This document shows positions 1 through 8,816 of a stretch of DNA of 49,618 nt, piece after piece. Every line of letters starts with the position of its first letter. The stretch's first letter is position 1. Location of the stretch: contig JAHFDH010000002.1 in NCBI GenBank assembly GCA_023249055.1, forward strand, positions 3,226 through 52,843. Reading direction: 5' to 3'. Below the pieces are notes generated by a model. It was not told the origin of the DNA. It ran no database searches and was given only the letters and a program-made list of their open reading frames with translations. Origin of the DNA: Candidatus Methylomirabilota bacterium. Lineage in GTDB: Bacteria; Methylomirabilota; Methylomirabilia; Methylomirabilales; Methylomirabilaceae. A program made the translations under genes and the position numbers.

Positions 1-72
1 CTCGGCTTCGGCCTGCTGATGATCTTCGCTCAGGGAACTGCCATTGCGCCTTTTATCTACACTTTATTTTGA
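1..72 (+). CDS. 3' end of small membrane protein, DUF5989-like (partial)
   Basis: Frame 1 reads LGFGLLMIFAQGTAIAPFIYTLF-stop(TGA 70-72). The ...APFIYTLF C-terminus is characteristic of this small family, usually found beside carbamoyltransferase/SxtJ-like genes. Not in the ORF track. Confidence 0.75.
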   Translation, partial: LGFGLLMIFAQGTAIAPFIYTLF

Positions 73-168
73 CTCTCGGCATCGAGCAGTCGTTTGATGG
101 AGTCTGCCGACCGGATAAAAGCGGCGCCACTTAAGAATTCTGTCGTATCACACAGGAAGGATCAGTCG

Positions 169-2463
169 ATGTGTCATCGCATGAAACGTCGTGTCATGAT
201 CATATCGGCGCTCGTCGGGTTCGGGACGCTCGTGTGCGCTGGGAAAGGCTTCGCAGCAACGCCAGACGCTCCGCTCCGACCCCAAGTAGCGGCCGCCGCG
301 AAGCACGACCTTTCGCCTCCCCTGCGTTCTATGAAGGTGATACCGCCATCGCCCGCGGCTCCAATGCGCGTCATCCCACTACGTCCCCTGCCCAAACGGG
401 AAGGCATCGCCGCGCCGTTCGGCAAGGTGCAGGCGCTTGACCTGGTCATTCAAAACTGGTCCGGAGCGCTGACCATGCCGTCACCTATCCGCAGCTTCGA
501 GGGAATCAGTAATGTGGACGCTGTCCTGCCGCCGGACACCAACGGCGACGTGGGTCTCAACCACTATGTGCAATGGGTCAATCTGTCCTTTGCCATCTAC
601 AACAAAAGCGGCACCCTCCTCTTTGGGCCTGCCGCCGGTAATACGCTTTGGACCGACTTCGGCGGGCCATGCCAAACCACGAACGACGGCGACCCGATCG
701 TCCTGTACGATCACCTGGCTGATCGCTGGCTGATGAGCCAATTTGCCAATGCGGATACCGGCCCTCCCTTTTTCCAGTGCATCGCCATCTCCCAGACCGG
801 CGATCCCACTGGCGCCTGGTTCCGCTACGCGTTCGTGTACAGTACGACCAAATTCAATGACTACCCCAAGTTCGGGGTGTGGCCCGATGGCTACTATATG
901 ACAGCCAATCAGTTTATCGGCAATACCTCGTCGGGCGCGGGCGTGGTCGCCTTCGAGCGCCAGAAGATGCTGGATGGCTTGCCGGCGCAGATGGTCTACT
1001 TCGACCTCTTCAGCGTGAACCCCAACTTTGGCGGCATGCTGCCCGCCCACCTGAATGGTCCCCCGCCCCCAGACGGAACGCCGAACTTCGTCGTCGAGGT
1101 TGACGACACGATATTTGGATTCCCGACCGATAGCCTACGGATATGGGCTTTCCACGTAGATTGGACAACCACGGCCGACTCCACCTTCGGCGTATCCGGC
1201 AACCCGAACACGATCCTGGATACCGCTCCATTCGATGCCAATCTGTGCAATTTTTCTGCTAATTGTATCCCGCAGCATGGCACGACCCGCAGGCTGGACG
1301 CGCTCTCCGACCGGCTGATGTATCGGCTGCAATACCGCCACTTCGGCGACCACGACTCGCTGGTAGTCAACCACACCGTGGACGTCGACGGGACCGACCA
1401 CGCGGGCATCCGATGGTATGAGATACGCGATCCCGGCGGGACGCCCGTTATCTATCAACAGGGCACCTATGCCCCTGACAGCGCGCATCGGTGGATGGGA
1501 AGCGTGGCGATGGACAAGAACGGGAACATGGCCCTGGGCTACAGCGTCTCCGACGGCGATCTCTTCCCCTCTATCCGGTATGTCGGGAGATTAACGGACG
1601 ATCCGCTTGGAACGCTCCCCCAAGGCGAGATGGAACTGATCGCCGGCACCGGCTCACAGACGTCCGGCTTCTCCCGCTGGGGCGACTACAGCAGCATGAG
1701 CGTCGATCCGGTGGATGACTGCACCTTCTGGTACACGCAGGAGTACTACGCATCGACCAGTTCCTCCGGCTGGCGGACCCGCATCGGCGCCTTCCGGTTC
1801 CCCTCCTGCGGACTCCCACCGGGCACCGACCTTTCGATTGTCAAGACCGATCTCCCGGATCCTATTCCTCTTGGAGGGACGCTGACCTATACTCTGTCGG
1901 TGATCAACAATGGTCCTGACGCGGCGACCGGGGTCGTAGTCACGGACACGCTGCCGGCGGGCGCTACCTTCCTGTCCGCCACCTCACCCTGCACGGAGAC
2001 GTCCGGGACAGTCACATGCAGCCTGGGGAGTCTGACCAGCGGGAGCCAGGTCACCCTCAACATTTACGTGGTCCCTACCGGAGCAGGAACCATCTCCAAC
2101 AGCGCCAGCGTGACCGGAAATGAGCCGGATCCCGACCTTGCCAACAATGCCGCCACCACTGAGACGCTTGTCACCGCCGGCGGGGCGGCTTGCGTCGGAA
2201 CCGGCAGTCTGGCAATTCAAGGAACGGTCAACACTCTAAACGGAGCCCGGATTGCAGGGGGGCTGATGACCTTGACCGGTTCGGGGGGGTGTAGCAGCAG
2301 TGTTCTAACAGACGCCAAAGGCAAATACCGTTTCAACCGGTTAGCCGCCGGGACCTATATCGTGACTCCCAGCAAAGCAGGATGCAGTTTCACGCCACCC
2401 GGTCAATCGGTCACGATCAGCAAAAAGAAACCTACCGTTGGATTCACCGCGGCCTGCCAATAG
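169..2463 (+). CDS. Secreted protein: large N-terminal extracellular domain + DUF11 (Ig-like) domain + C-terminal carboxypeptidase-regulatory-like domain
   Basis: Track ORF 94..2463; ATG 169 follows AGGAAGG. Signal-peptide-like N-terminus, PPDTNGDVG motif, DUF11 signature (DLSIVKTD.PDP...LTYTLSVINNGPDAATGVVVTDTLP...DPDLANNAA) and a TDAKGKYRF..L.AGTY tail. Confidence 0.85.
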   Translation: MCHRMKRRVMIISALVGFGTLVCAGKGFAATPDAPLRPQVAAAAKHDLSPPLRSMKVIPPSPAAPMRVIPLRPLPKREGIAAPFGKVQALDLVIQNWSGALTMPSPIRSFEGISNVDAVLPPDTNGDVGLNHYVQWVNLSFAIYNKSGTLLFGPAAGNTLWTDFGGPCQTTNDGDPIVLYDHLADRWLMSQFANADTGPPFFQCIAISQTGDPTGAWFRYAFVYSTTKFNDYPKFGVWPDGYYMTANQFIGNTSSGAGVVAFERQKMLDGLPAQMVYFDLFSVNPNFGGMLPAHLNGPPPPDGTPNFVVEVDDTIFGFPTDSLRIWAFHVDWTTTADSTFGVSGNPNTILDTAPFDANLCNFSANCIPQHGTTRRLDALSDRLMYRLQYRHFGDHDSLVVNHTVDVDGTDHAGIRWYEIRDPGGTPVIYQQGTYAPDSAHRWMGSVAMDKNGNMALGYSVSDGDLFPSIRYVGRLTDDPLGTLPQGEMELIAGTGSQTSGFSRWGDYSSMSVDPVDDCTFWYTQEYYASTSSSGWRTRIGAFRFPSCGLPPGTDLSIVKTDLPDPIPLGGTLTYTLSVINNGPDAATGVVVTDTLPAGATFLSATSPCTETSGTVTCSLGSLTSGSQVTLNIYVVPTGAGTISNSASVTGNEPDPDLANNAATTETLVTAGGAACVGTGSLAIQGTVNTLNGARIAGGLMTLTGSGGCSSSVLTDAKGKYRFNRLAAGTYIVTPSKAGCSFTPPGQSVTISKKKPTVGFTAACQ

Positions 2464-2508
2464 GGAGGCAATGGGCAAGCGCGCTCGTTTCGCTCACGAG
2501 GGTGGACA

Positions 2509-2769
2509 TCACCGGTTTTCTAACTGCTTCCTGATGTACGCCGCTAGGCTGCCGACAGTCCCCAGCAGCTCGACGCTCATATCCTCGTCGCGCACGGTGA
2601 TCCCAAACTCCTCCTCGACCAACGAAATCAACTCGAGTACGGCGATCGAGTCCATGTTCAGACCGCCATCGATCAGTGGCGTCTCAGGCGTGATCCGCCC
2701 GACCTTGACGTCAAGTTCGAGATTCTCGACGATAATTTTCTTGATTCCAGCTTCAACGTCCTGTGTCAT
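2509..2769 (-). CDS. Acyl/peptidyl carrier protein (carrier 2)
   Basis: 86 aa, acidic, GLNMDSIAVLEL phosphopantetheine motif. ATG overlaps the halogenase stop (ATGA). Confidence 0.9.
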   Translation of the reverse strand: MTQDVEAGIKKIIVENLELDVKVGRITPETPLIDGGLNMDSIAVLELISLVEEEFGITVRDEDMSVELLGTVGSLAAYIRKQLENR

Positions 2770-4043
2770 CGCGTCGCCACTGCCTCCTGTCCGCAGGTCT
2801 GCCCACCCCGGTACAACGGATCCTTCAGCATCTGGGCGAAGGCTACCCGGTCGGGATCGATCTGGTCGTACATCCCACTAAACAACATCGTGAAGTTTCG
2901 GCGGATCGAAGTAAATCGGACCATCAGGGGAACAAGACGTTCCACTCGCTTTTCGTTGTTCATGAAACGGTACCAGCCACACACCTGCTGATAAATCACC
3001 TCGGCCTCTCGGAGGATCGTCTCCCCGTAAGGCCGAAAGGTCGCGGCCGAGAAATCTCCCGCCTTGAAGGCGTGATCGATCAGCTCGGCGGCCAACTTTC
3101 CTGTCTTCAGCGCCAGGTACACACCAGCCGAATAGATCGGGTCGATGAAGAGCCCGGCATCACCCACCAGGATGAAGCCGTCGCCTGCGAACCGTTTTGA
3201 CTGATACGCCAGGTCGGACGTCACATACAGTTTGGTGACTTGCGTAGCCGCCCGCATCCGGTCGGCCACAAACGGACACTGCCGAATCGCGTCGGCAAAT
3301 AGCGATGCCATGCCGCCGGGGAACGCCTTGGCATAGCTCACGTCCACCACCACGCCGATGCTGGTCGCCTCACCCGCCAACGGGATAATCCAGAACCAGC
3401 CATGAGGGAACATCGCAATGATCAGGTTGCCCTCGGCCGGCCCGGGATCACGCCGTACACCGGTGAAATGGGCAAAAGCCGAGACCTTATTCAGGACGGG
3501 GTCCTTCCGTTTCATACGCAGTCGCCTGGCCAGCACGGTATCGCGGCCGCTGGCGTCGATGATCATGGGGGCATGAACTCGCCCCTCCCGCCCGCGCGCT
3601 GAACGGTATGCGACGCCGACCGCTCGGCCGTCCACCATCAGAACCTCTTCCACCCTGCACTCCTCTTGGACCTCGACGCCATGCGCCCGGCTGTGGTTCA
3701 GGAGGATCTGGTCGAACGTAGAGCGCAATACCTCGTACGAATACGGCCTGCGAAGCTGGTCGGCGATGAGAGTCAAATCGAACTTCACATACTCGCCCAA
3801 CCGGGTGGCCAGATTGCCACCGGGCTTGTGGATGAAGCCCGCTCGCTCGACCTCCTCGTCCACGCCAAGCTCCCACAGTAGTTCCAGCGCTCCCGGGATC
3901 AGCGACTCGCCGACATGGAAGCGCGGGAACCGCTCCTTCTCCAGCAAGAGGATCGAGTAGCCCTTCTTCGCCAGAAAGGTGGAGGCTGCCGACCCGCCGG
4001 GACCGCCCCCAATCACGATGGCATCGTACTTGCGCTTGACCAT
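2766..4043 (-). CDS. Flavin-dependent halogenase, PltA/CndH-like (carrier-protein-dependent type)
   Basis: GGGPGG FAD motif, GFIHKPG (catalytic Lys position), GWFWIIP (WxWxIP) and FIDPIYSAG (FxxPxxSxG). Translationally coupled to a carrier protein. Confidence 0.8.
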   Translation of the reverse strand: MVKRKYDAIVIGGGPGGSAASTFLAKKGYSILLLEKERFPRFHVGESLIPGALELLWELGVDEEVERAGFIHKPGGNLATRLGEYVKFDLTLIADQLRRPYSYEVLRSTFDQILLNHSRAHGVEVQEECRVEEVLMVDGRAVGVAYRSARGREGRVHAPMIIDASGRDTVLARRLRMKRKDPVLNKVSAFAHFTGVRRDPGPAEGNLIIAMFPHGWFWIIPLAGEATSIGVVVDVSYAKAFPGGMASLFADAIRQCPFVADRMRAATQVTKLYVTSDLAYQSKRFAGDGFILVGDAGLFIDPIYSAGVYLALKTGKLAAELIDHAFKAGDFSAATFRPYGETILREAEVIYQQVCGWYRFMNNEKRVERLVPLMVRFTSIRRNFTMLFSGMYDQIDPDRVAFAQMLKDPLYRGGQTCGQEAVATR

Positions 4044-4087
4044 GCTGTTCTCCTTTACGATTCCGATTTCCTGTTCCGTCGGAGACT

Positions 4088-4621
4088 CTACCGCTTCAAC
4101 AACTCCCGGATCAGTACGTGTGCATCAGAGGATTCCCAATTCCGACCCCCGATGTGGCTGGCAACGACGCGACCGGCGCGGTCAAGCCAGAAAGCGTGGG
4201 GGGTCGAGACGACCCGATAGCTCCGCATCACCTGTCCATCCCAGTCGAGGAGTAGCGGAAAGTGAAGCCCGAGGGTCTGACCAAGTTCCTTGACGGCAGC
4301 AGGAGACTCGAGAAGATCCACAAACAGCACCGCAAAGCCCTGCTTGTTAAACTCCTGGTACAGACGCTCGATGACGGGCAACTCCCGTCGGCAGAACTGT
4401 CACCAACTCGCCCCGAAATACACAAGGACCACCTTCCCCCGGACTGATTCCAAAGAGACTTTGCTGCCCGTGGTGCTTGAGAGGGTAAAGGCCGGCGCGA
4501 CAGAGGGTGAGGTCAAGATCAACACTCCCATAGCCGTAAAAGGATCCGCCGCCAGCGCCAACGGCCCAAAGGACAGTATGGCCGCGAGGATCGCGATCAA
4601 GAATCGTGTTGCGCGCTTCAC
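4088..4621 (-). CDS. TlpA/redoxin-family thiol-disulfide oxidoreductase, probable selenoprotein (UxxC), 177 aa
   Basis: Track ORFs 4400..4621 and 4088..4381 are in one frame, joined by TGA at 4400-4402: KVVLVYFGASW-U-QFCRRELPVIERL. Signal peptide, APAFTL and cis-Pro loop VSTP are present. GTG start after GGAGG overlaps the upstream stop. Confidence 0.85.
4373..4389 (-). promoter_or_regulatory. Candidate bacterial SECIS hairpin of the redoxin gene
   Basis: Minus strand GACGGG-AGTTG-CCCGTC: 6-bp perfect stem. The loop starts 16 nt after the UGA and has G followed by U near its 5' side. Confidence 0.65.
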
Positions 4622-5280
4622 GGTTTCCCTCCTGTTGGTCTTGGAACGTATTCAGGGGGGGGGACTTTGCCGGGATTGTGCTCCTTCTGGTATTTGCGTT
4701 CATGGGGTACGAAAGGCACTTTCCCCATCTTGACGATTTCCAGCGACCGCTTCGCCCGGTCCATCATGCCTGCATAGTTCGGATTGTCTGAACTACGGCT
4801 TAAAACGATAATCTGTTCAAAGATCGATTCCGCTCGCGGGAAGTCGAGCCTGGCCGCCGCAAGGTAACCAGCGCGCATCATCACGATTGGCCCATGGTTA
4901 TCAAACCACCACTGAGCCCACCTGATCCCGTGAAGCTCTGCTTCGGGGCATCGCGTCTTCGCCTCCTTCAGACGTTGGGTGAGCTGCTCGGACTCTTGAA
5001 TAGCCAATCTGCTGGCCGTCACCGCCTCCTCGACAGCGCGCTCGAACCGTTTTCGTTCGCGTTCAAATTTTCCTTGTACGTCCCGCTCTCCCTTTTTAAT
5101 ACCCAAGATGACTTTAATCCCCTCTTCAGCCCTGGACTGAGCGGCTGAAATGCGGAACATCGTCTCCGAGGCGCCTTGACGCCAATCCTCGCAAGGATTT
5201 GCCTTTTGACCTTCCGCAACGGCGGAGGTGTGAACAGCTAGTAGGAGCAGCATAATGGGACCCACACGATACCAGCGCAC
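4618..5280 (-). CDS. Hypothetical secreted, mostly helical protein
   Basis: C-terminal part of track ORF 4618..5631. Signal-peptide-like RWYRVGPIMLLLLAVHTSAVA; stop overlaps the redoxin start (GTGA). Start uncertain (5253-5310). Confidence 0.65.
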   Translation of the reverse strand: MRWYRVGPIMLLLLAVHTSAVAEGQKANPCEDWRQGASETMFRISAAQSRAEEGIKVILGIKKGERDVQGKFERERKRFERAVEEAVTASRLAIQESEQLTQRLKEAKTRCPEAELHGIRWAQWWFDNHGPIVMMRAGYLAAARLDFPRAESIFEQIIVLSRSSDNPNYAGMMDRAKRSLEIVKMGKVPFVPHERKYQKEHNPGKVPPPEYVPRPTGGKP

Positions 5281-5383
5281 AGGAACGTCGCCATCATTGT
5301 TGGCCTTCACGGCGACATTTTGGCCACAATTCAGCGTCGTTGCAAGCCACCCTTCCAAGTCTTGCGAGCACAGCGAAACACTC

Positions 5384-5665
5384 TCATGAAACGCCCGCGC
5401 GCTTGCGCTCGATGAATAAGGTGATATCGCCAAGGGTGGCGAAATGCTCCGGCACGATCTCCCCATCCAGGACCTCGATCCCGAAGGTCTGCTCGATGAA
5501 GGTGACCAGTCGAAGCATCCCCATCGAGTCGATGACTCCGGTCTCTTGAAGCGGCTGATCGCCGGCGATAGTCCCTTGGTCGGCGCCGAAATATAACTCC
5601 TCAGCAATGAACGACCTGAGCTCGCGCTCAATCTGGGCGTGCGACCACTCTTGCGCCTGGCTCAC
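5384..5665 (-). CDS. Peptidyl carrier protein, PltL/RedO/AnaD-like (carrier 1)
   Basis: 93 aa, ETGVIDSMGMLRLV motif. Starts 3 nt after the adenylation enzyme stop. Confidence 0.9.
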   Translation of the reverse strand: MSQAQEWSHAQIERELRSFIAEELYFGADQGTIAGDQPLQETGVIDSMGMLRLVTFIEQTFGIEVLDGEIVPEHFATLGDITLFIERKRAGVS

Positions 5666-5668
5666 AGG

Positions 5669-7267
5669 TTATTCTCCACACCCGTCCATCTCGGCCAGCC
5701 GCCGCCGGTCGATCTTGCCGGTCGCCGTCTTCGGCAGAGCCCTCAGAAAGTCGATCGTCTCAGGCACCATGTACCTCGGCAGGCGCTCTGCGCAGAACCG
5801 CTTGATCGCCGCCGCCCCAACCTGGCGCTCCGGCGATGGGACGATCACTGCCTTGATCCGGTTGCCGATCTCCTCATCCGGGACCGCCAGCGCCGCCGCC
5901 TCCTGGACACCGGGATAGGCGTACAGCGCCGCCTCGATCTCGCCCAATTCGATCCGGTATCCCCGGCTTTTGATCATCTGGTCCTTGCGCCCAACGAAGG
6001 TGTAATTGCCGTCCCGATCGAGACGGACCAAGTCCCCGGTTCGATAGATCGGATCAGCGTATGCCTTCACACCCGGGTTCTGGGCCAGGACCTCGGCGCT
6101 TTTGTCCGGCCGGCCCCAGTAGCCCTTCATCAGGCAGGGACCCCGGACATACAGCTCACCCTCCTCTCCGGGGCCGATCCGCTCTCCCCCCGTACCCAGA
6201 GCGAAGACTTCTATATTGGCACAGGCCCGGCCGATTGGAAAGGGTTCTTTGCGATCCGAGGGGATCTCCCCAACCTCGTAGTAGGTGCACACATTGGTTT
6301 CCGTCGGGCCATACAGGTTGTACAACCTCGCGTGGGGAATAAGGCGGCGCAGTTCCGTTAAGTATTTCACCGGAAAGACCTCGCCCGCAAACAGGACGGC
6401 CCGAAGGCGGCGGAAGTCAAACCGCCCCAACTCCCCATGCGCGATCAGATGGATCAGGGCGGAGGGGACGGAGTACCAGATGGTGATCTGCTCCTGGTGG
6501 ATGAACTCCGCCAGGCGGATCGGAAAAGCTGAGATCCCGTCCGGCACCAGGCACAGCGTGGCGCCGCCTCCCATAGCGGCGAAGATATCGAACACCGAGA
6601 GGTCGAACTGCAAGGGGGCGTGGTTCGAGATTCGGTCATGCGCGGTAATCCCGAAACAGCCGATCGCCCAGCGAATGAAAGTGAGCGCCGCCTGGTGAGA
6701 GATCATCACCCCTTTCGGCTCTCCGGTCGAGCCGGAGGTATACAGGATGTAGGCCAGATCGGTCTCAATCGATTGCTCCGCTGACGCGGGCACAGCAGCA
6801 TCGGCGCGCAGAACCTCTCCCCAGGTAACGCCCTTGCGAGGCGAGGGAACGATATCAGCGGTTGGGCCGGACTGATCGACAAGCACCAGCGTGTGCAGCG
6901 GCGCGCCGGCCTCCATCATCGAATGGATCGCGGCGACCTTGCCGGTAGAGGTCATCAGGCAACGGATGCCGCAATCACGCAGAATGAACGCCAGGCGGCT
7001 CACCGGGGCCAATGGATCGAGGGGAACGTACGCCGCGCCGGCTTTGAGAATCCCGAACAGGCTCACAATCGAGGCGATCGACTTGTTCAGATAGATGCCG
7101 ACCCGTTCCCCTCGCTCGACGCCGATCTCGGCCAGCGTTCGGGCAAGCTGGTTCGATTGCCGGTCAAGGTCTCCATAGCTGATCGCCTCCCCGCCGCAGG
7201 TGACCGCGACGCGGTCCGGACGGGCCACGGCCGACCGCATCAGAAGCTGCTGCAACAGATAGGTCAT
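5669..7267 (-). CDS. Stand-alone amino-acid adenylation enzyme, probably L-proline:[PCP] ligase (PltF/RedM/AnaC-like)
   Basis: [37 protein letters not shown] and LPKTATGKID. Hand-read specificity residues are about DLFYLALVCK, resembling stand-alone proline activators. Confidence 0.85.
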   Translation of the reverse strand: MTYLLQQLLMRSAVARPDRVAVTCGGEAISYGDLDRQSNQLARTLAEIGVERGERVGIYLNKSIASIVSLFGILKAGAAYVPLDPLAPVSRLAFILRDCGIRCLMTSTGKVAAIHSMMEAGAPLHTLVLVDQSGPTADIVPSPRKGVTWGEVLRADAAVPASAEQSIETDLAYILYTSGSTGEPKGVMISHQAALTFIRWAIGCFGITAHDRISNHAPLQFDLSVFDIFAAMGGGATLCLVPDGISAFPIRLAEFIHQEQITIWYSVPSALIHLIAHGELGRFDFRRLRAVLFAGEVFPVKYLTELRRLIPHARLYNLYGPTETNVCTYYEVGEIPSDRKEPFPIGRACANIEVFALGTGGERIGPGEEGELYVRGPCLMKGYWGRPDKSAEVLAQNPGVKAYADPIYRTGDLVRLDRDGNYTFVGRKDQMIKSRGYRIELGEIEAALYAYPGVQEAAALAVPDEEIGNRIKAVIVPSPERQVGAAAIKRFCAERLPRYMVPETIDFLRALPKTATGKIDRRRLAEMDGCGE

Positions 7268-7288
7268 GCCGGTCGCTCGCCTCCTCGC

Positions 7289-8044
7289 TCAGATCCGCAG
7301 GGGTACGCCCATCTCCTGACAGATCTGCTCCTTGATCGCCAGATACGCGGGACTCTCCAGGTCGCGAGGTCGCGGCAACGGGACCTCAATAACGGTCTGG
7401 ATCCTTGTCGGGCGCGGCGTAAAGACGATCACTGTGGTGGCTAACTGAATCGCCTCGTCAATGTCGTGCGTGACAAAGAGGATCGTACGGCGCTCGCGTT
7501 CCCAGATCCTGACCAACTCGGCCCGCATCTTGAGGCGCGTGAGCGAATCGAGGGCGCCGAACGGCTCGTCCATGTACAGGACATCAGGGTTCACGGCGAG
7601 GGCCCGCGCCACCTGTACGCGCTGCTTCATCCCGCCGGACAGCTCATGCGGATAGGCCGCCTCAAAGCCTGAGAGGCCGACCATCTCGATATAGTGGCTC
7701 ACGATCCGCTTCCGCTCCAGGGGGGGCAGTTCCCCTAATCCCAAGCCGATGTTCTGCCTGACCTGCAGCCAAGGGAATATCCCGGACTCCTGAAACACAA
7801 AGATGCGCTTTGGGTGCGGTCCCGCCACCACCTCCCCATCCACCAACACCTCGCCCCGGCTGGGGGCGTCAAAACCGCCGATGATTTGCAGCAGTGTCGT
7901 CTTGCCGGACCCGGAGGGCCCCAGGAAGCAGACAAACTCGCCGTCGTGAACCTGAAAGCTCACCCCGCTCAGGACCTCGATCGAAGTGCCCTGTCCATCA
8001 AATCGCTTCCAGAGATCCCTGACATCGATCTTCGGCCTATCCAC
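7289..8044 (-). CDS. NitT/TauT-family ABC transporter ATP-binding protein
   Basis: GPSGSGKT, LSGGMKQR, YMDEPFGALD and VTHD motifs. Confidence 0.95.
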   Translation of the reverse strand: MDRPKIDVRDLWKRFDGQGTSIEVLSGVSFQVHDGEFVCFLGPSGSGKTTLLQIIGGFDAPSRGEVLVDGEVVAGPHPKRIFVFQESGIFPWLQVRQNIGLGLGELPPLERKRIVSHYIEMVGLSGFEAAYPHELSGGMKQRVQVARALAVNPDVLYMDEPFGALDSLTRLKMRAELVRIWERERRTILFVTHDIDEAIQLATTVIVFTPRPTRIQTVIEVPLPRPRDLESPAYLAIKEQICQEMGVPLRI

Positions 8045-8816
8045 CGAGGAACCCCCACTCGAACTCCTTGATCCGCCTCAGTTGTCGCATAGCCAGGTCG
8101 AGGACAAGGCCGATGAGTCCGATAATAACCATGCCCGCCACCACCAGATCGTACCGATTGCCGGCGTTCCTGGAATCGATGATCAGGAAGCCGAGGCCGG
8201 AGTTGACGGCGATCATCTCAGCCGCCACCACCACCAGCCAGGCGACTCCAAGGGCCACCCGCATCGCGGTCAAGATCTGCGGGACCGAGGCCGGCAGGAT
8301 GACTTTGCGAAAGAGGGCGTATCCCGAGATGCCGAAGTTGATCGCAGAGCGGACATAGACCCGGTTGATCTGGCCGACGGCAGCCGCCGAGGCGACCACG
8401 ACCGGGAAGAAGGTCGAGAGGAAGATCAGGAAGATCGGCGAGAGATCGCTGACCCCGAACCAGAGGATAGCCAGGGGCGTCCAGGCGATCGGCGAGATCG
8501 GCCGCAGCAGTTGGATAATCGGATTGACGGCAATGGAGACCGGCGCGAACCAGCCAAGCGCGAGGCCAAGCGGAACGCCGAGGCTCAGCGCCAGCAGGTA
8601 GCCCCAGGTGACGCGGAAAAGGGAGGCAACGGTATACTTGACCAGTAGGCCCTTTTGAACCAGCTCTCCAAAACCGAGCGCCACCTGGAGAGGCGTTGGC
8701 ATGATCGAATCGCGCGTCATGGATACGGCGATCCACCAGAGGGCGACCAGCAGACCCGAGACCGCCACCGGCGACACGATGCGGAAGAGGACGTTACCTG
8801 TCGTCCGTTCTCTCAT
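8037..8816 (-). CDS. NitT/TauT-family ABC transporter permease
   Basis: Multiple TM segments; RPISPIAW, AAEMIAVNSGLG. Overlaps both neighbours. Confidence 0.95.
   Translation of the reverse strand: MRERTTGNVLFRIVSPVAVSGLLVALWWIAVSMTRDSIMPTPLQVALGFGELVQKGLLVKYTVASLFRVTWGYLLALSLGVPLGLALGWFAPVSIAVNPIIQLLRPISPIAWTPLAILWFGVSDLSPIFLIFLSTFFPVVVASAAAVGQINRVYVRSAINFGISGYALFRKVILPASVPQILTAMRVALGVAWLVVVAAEMIAVNSGLGFLIIDSRNAGNRYDLVVAGMVIIGLIGLVLDLAMRQLRRIKEFEWGFLGG

Noticed and set aside
4088-4621. Two separate small ORFs or a redoxin pseudogene, as in the track
   Set aside because: Same frame, TGA exactly at the catalytic Cys, no other lesions and a SECIS-like hairpin. Sec is more parsimonious, pending a check for sel genes.
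5669-7267. DltA (D-alanyl carrier ligase) assignment
   Set aside because: No DltB/DltD. The neighbouring prolyl-PCP-type dehydrogenase and hand-read specificity residues favour proline.
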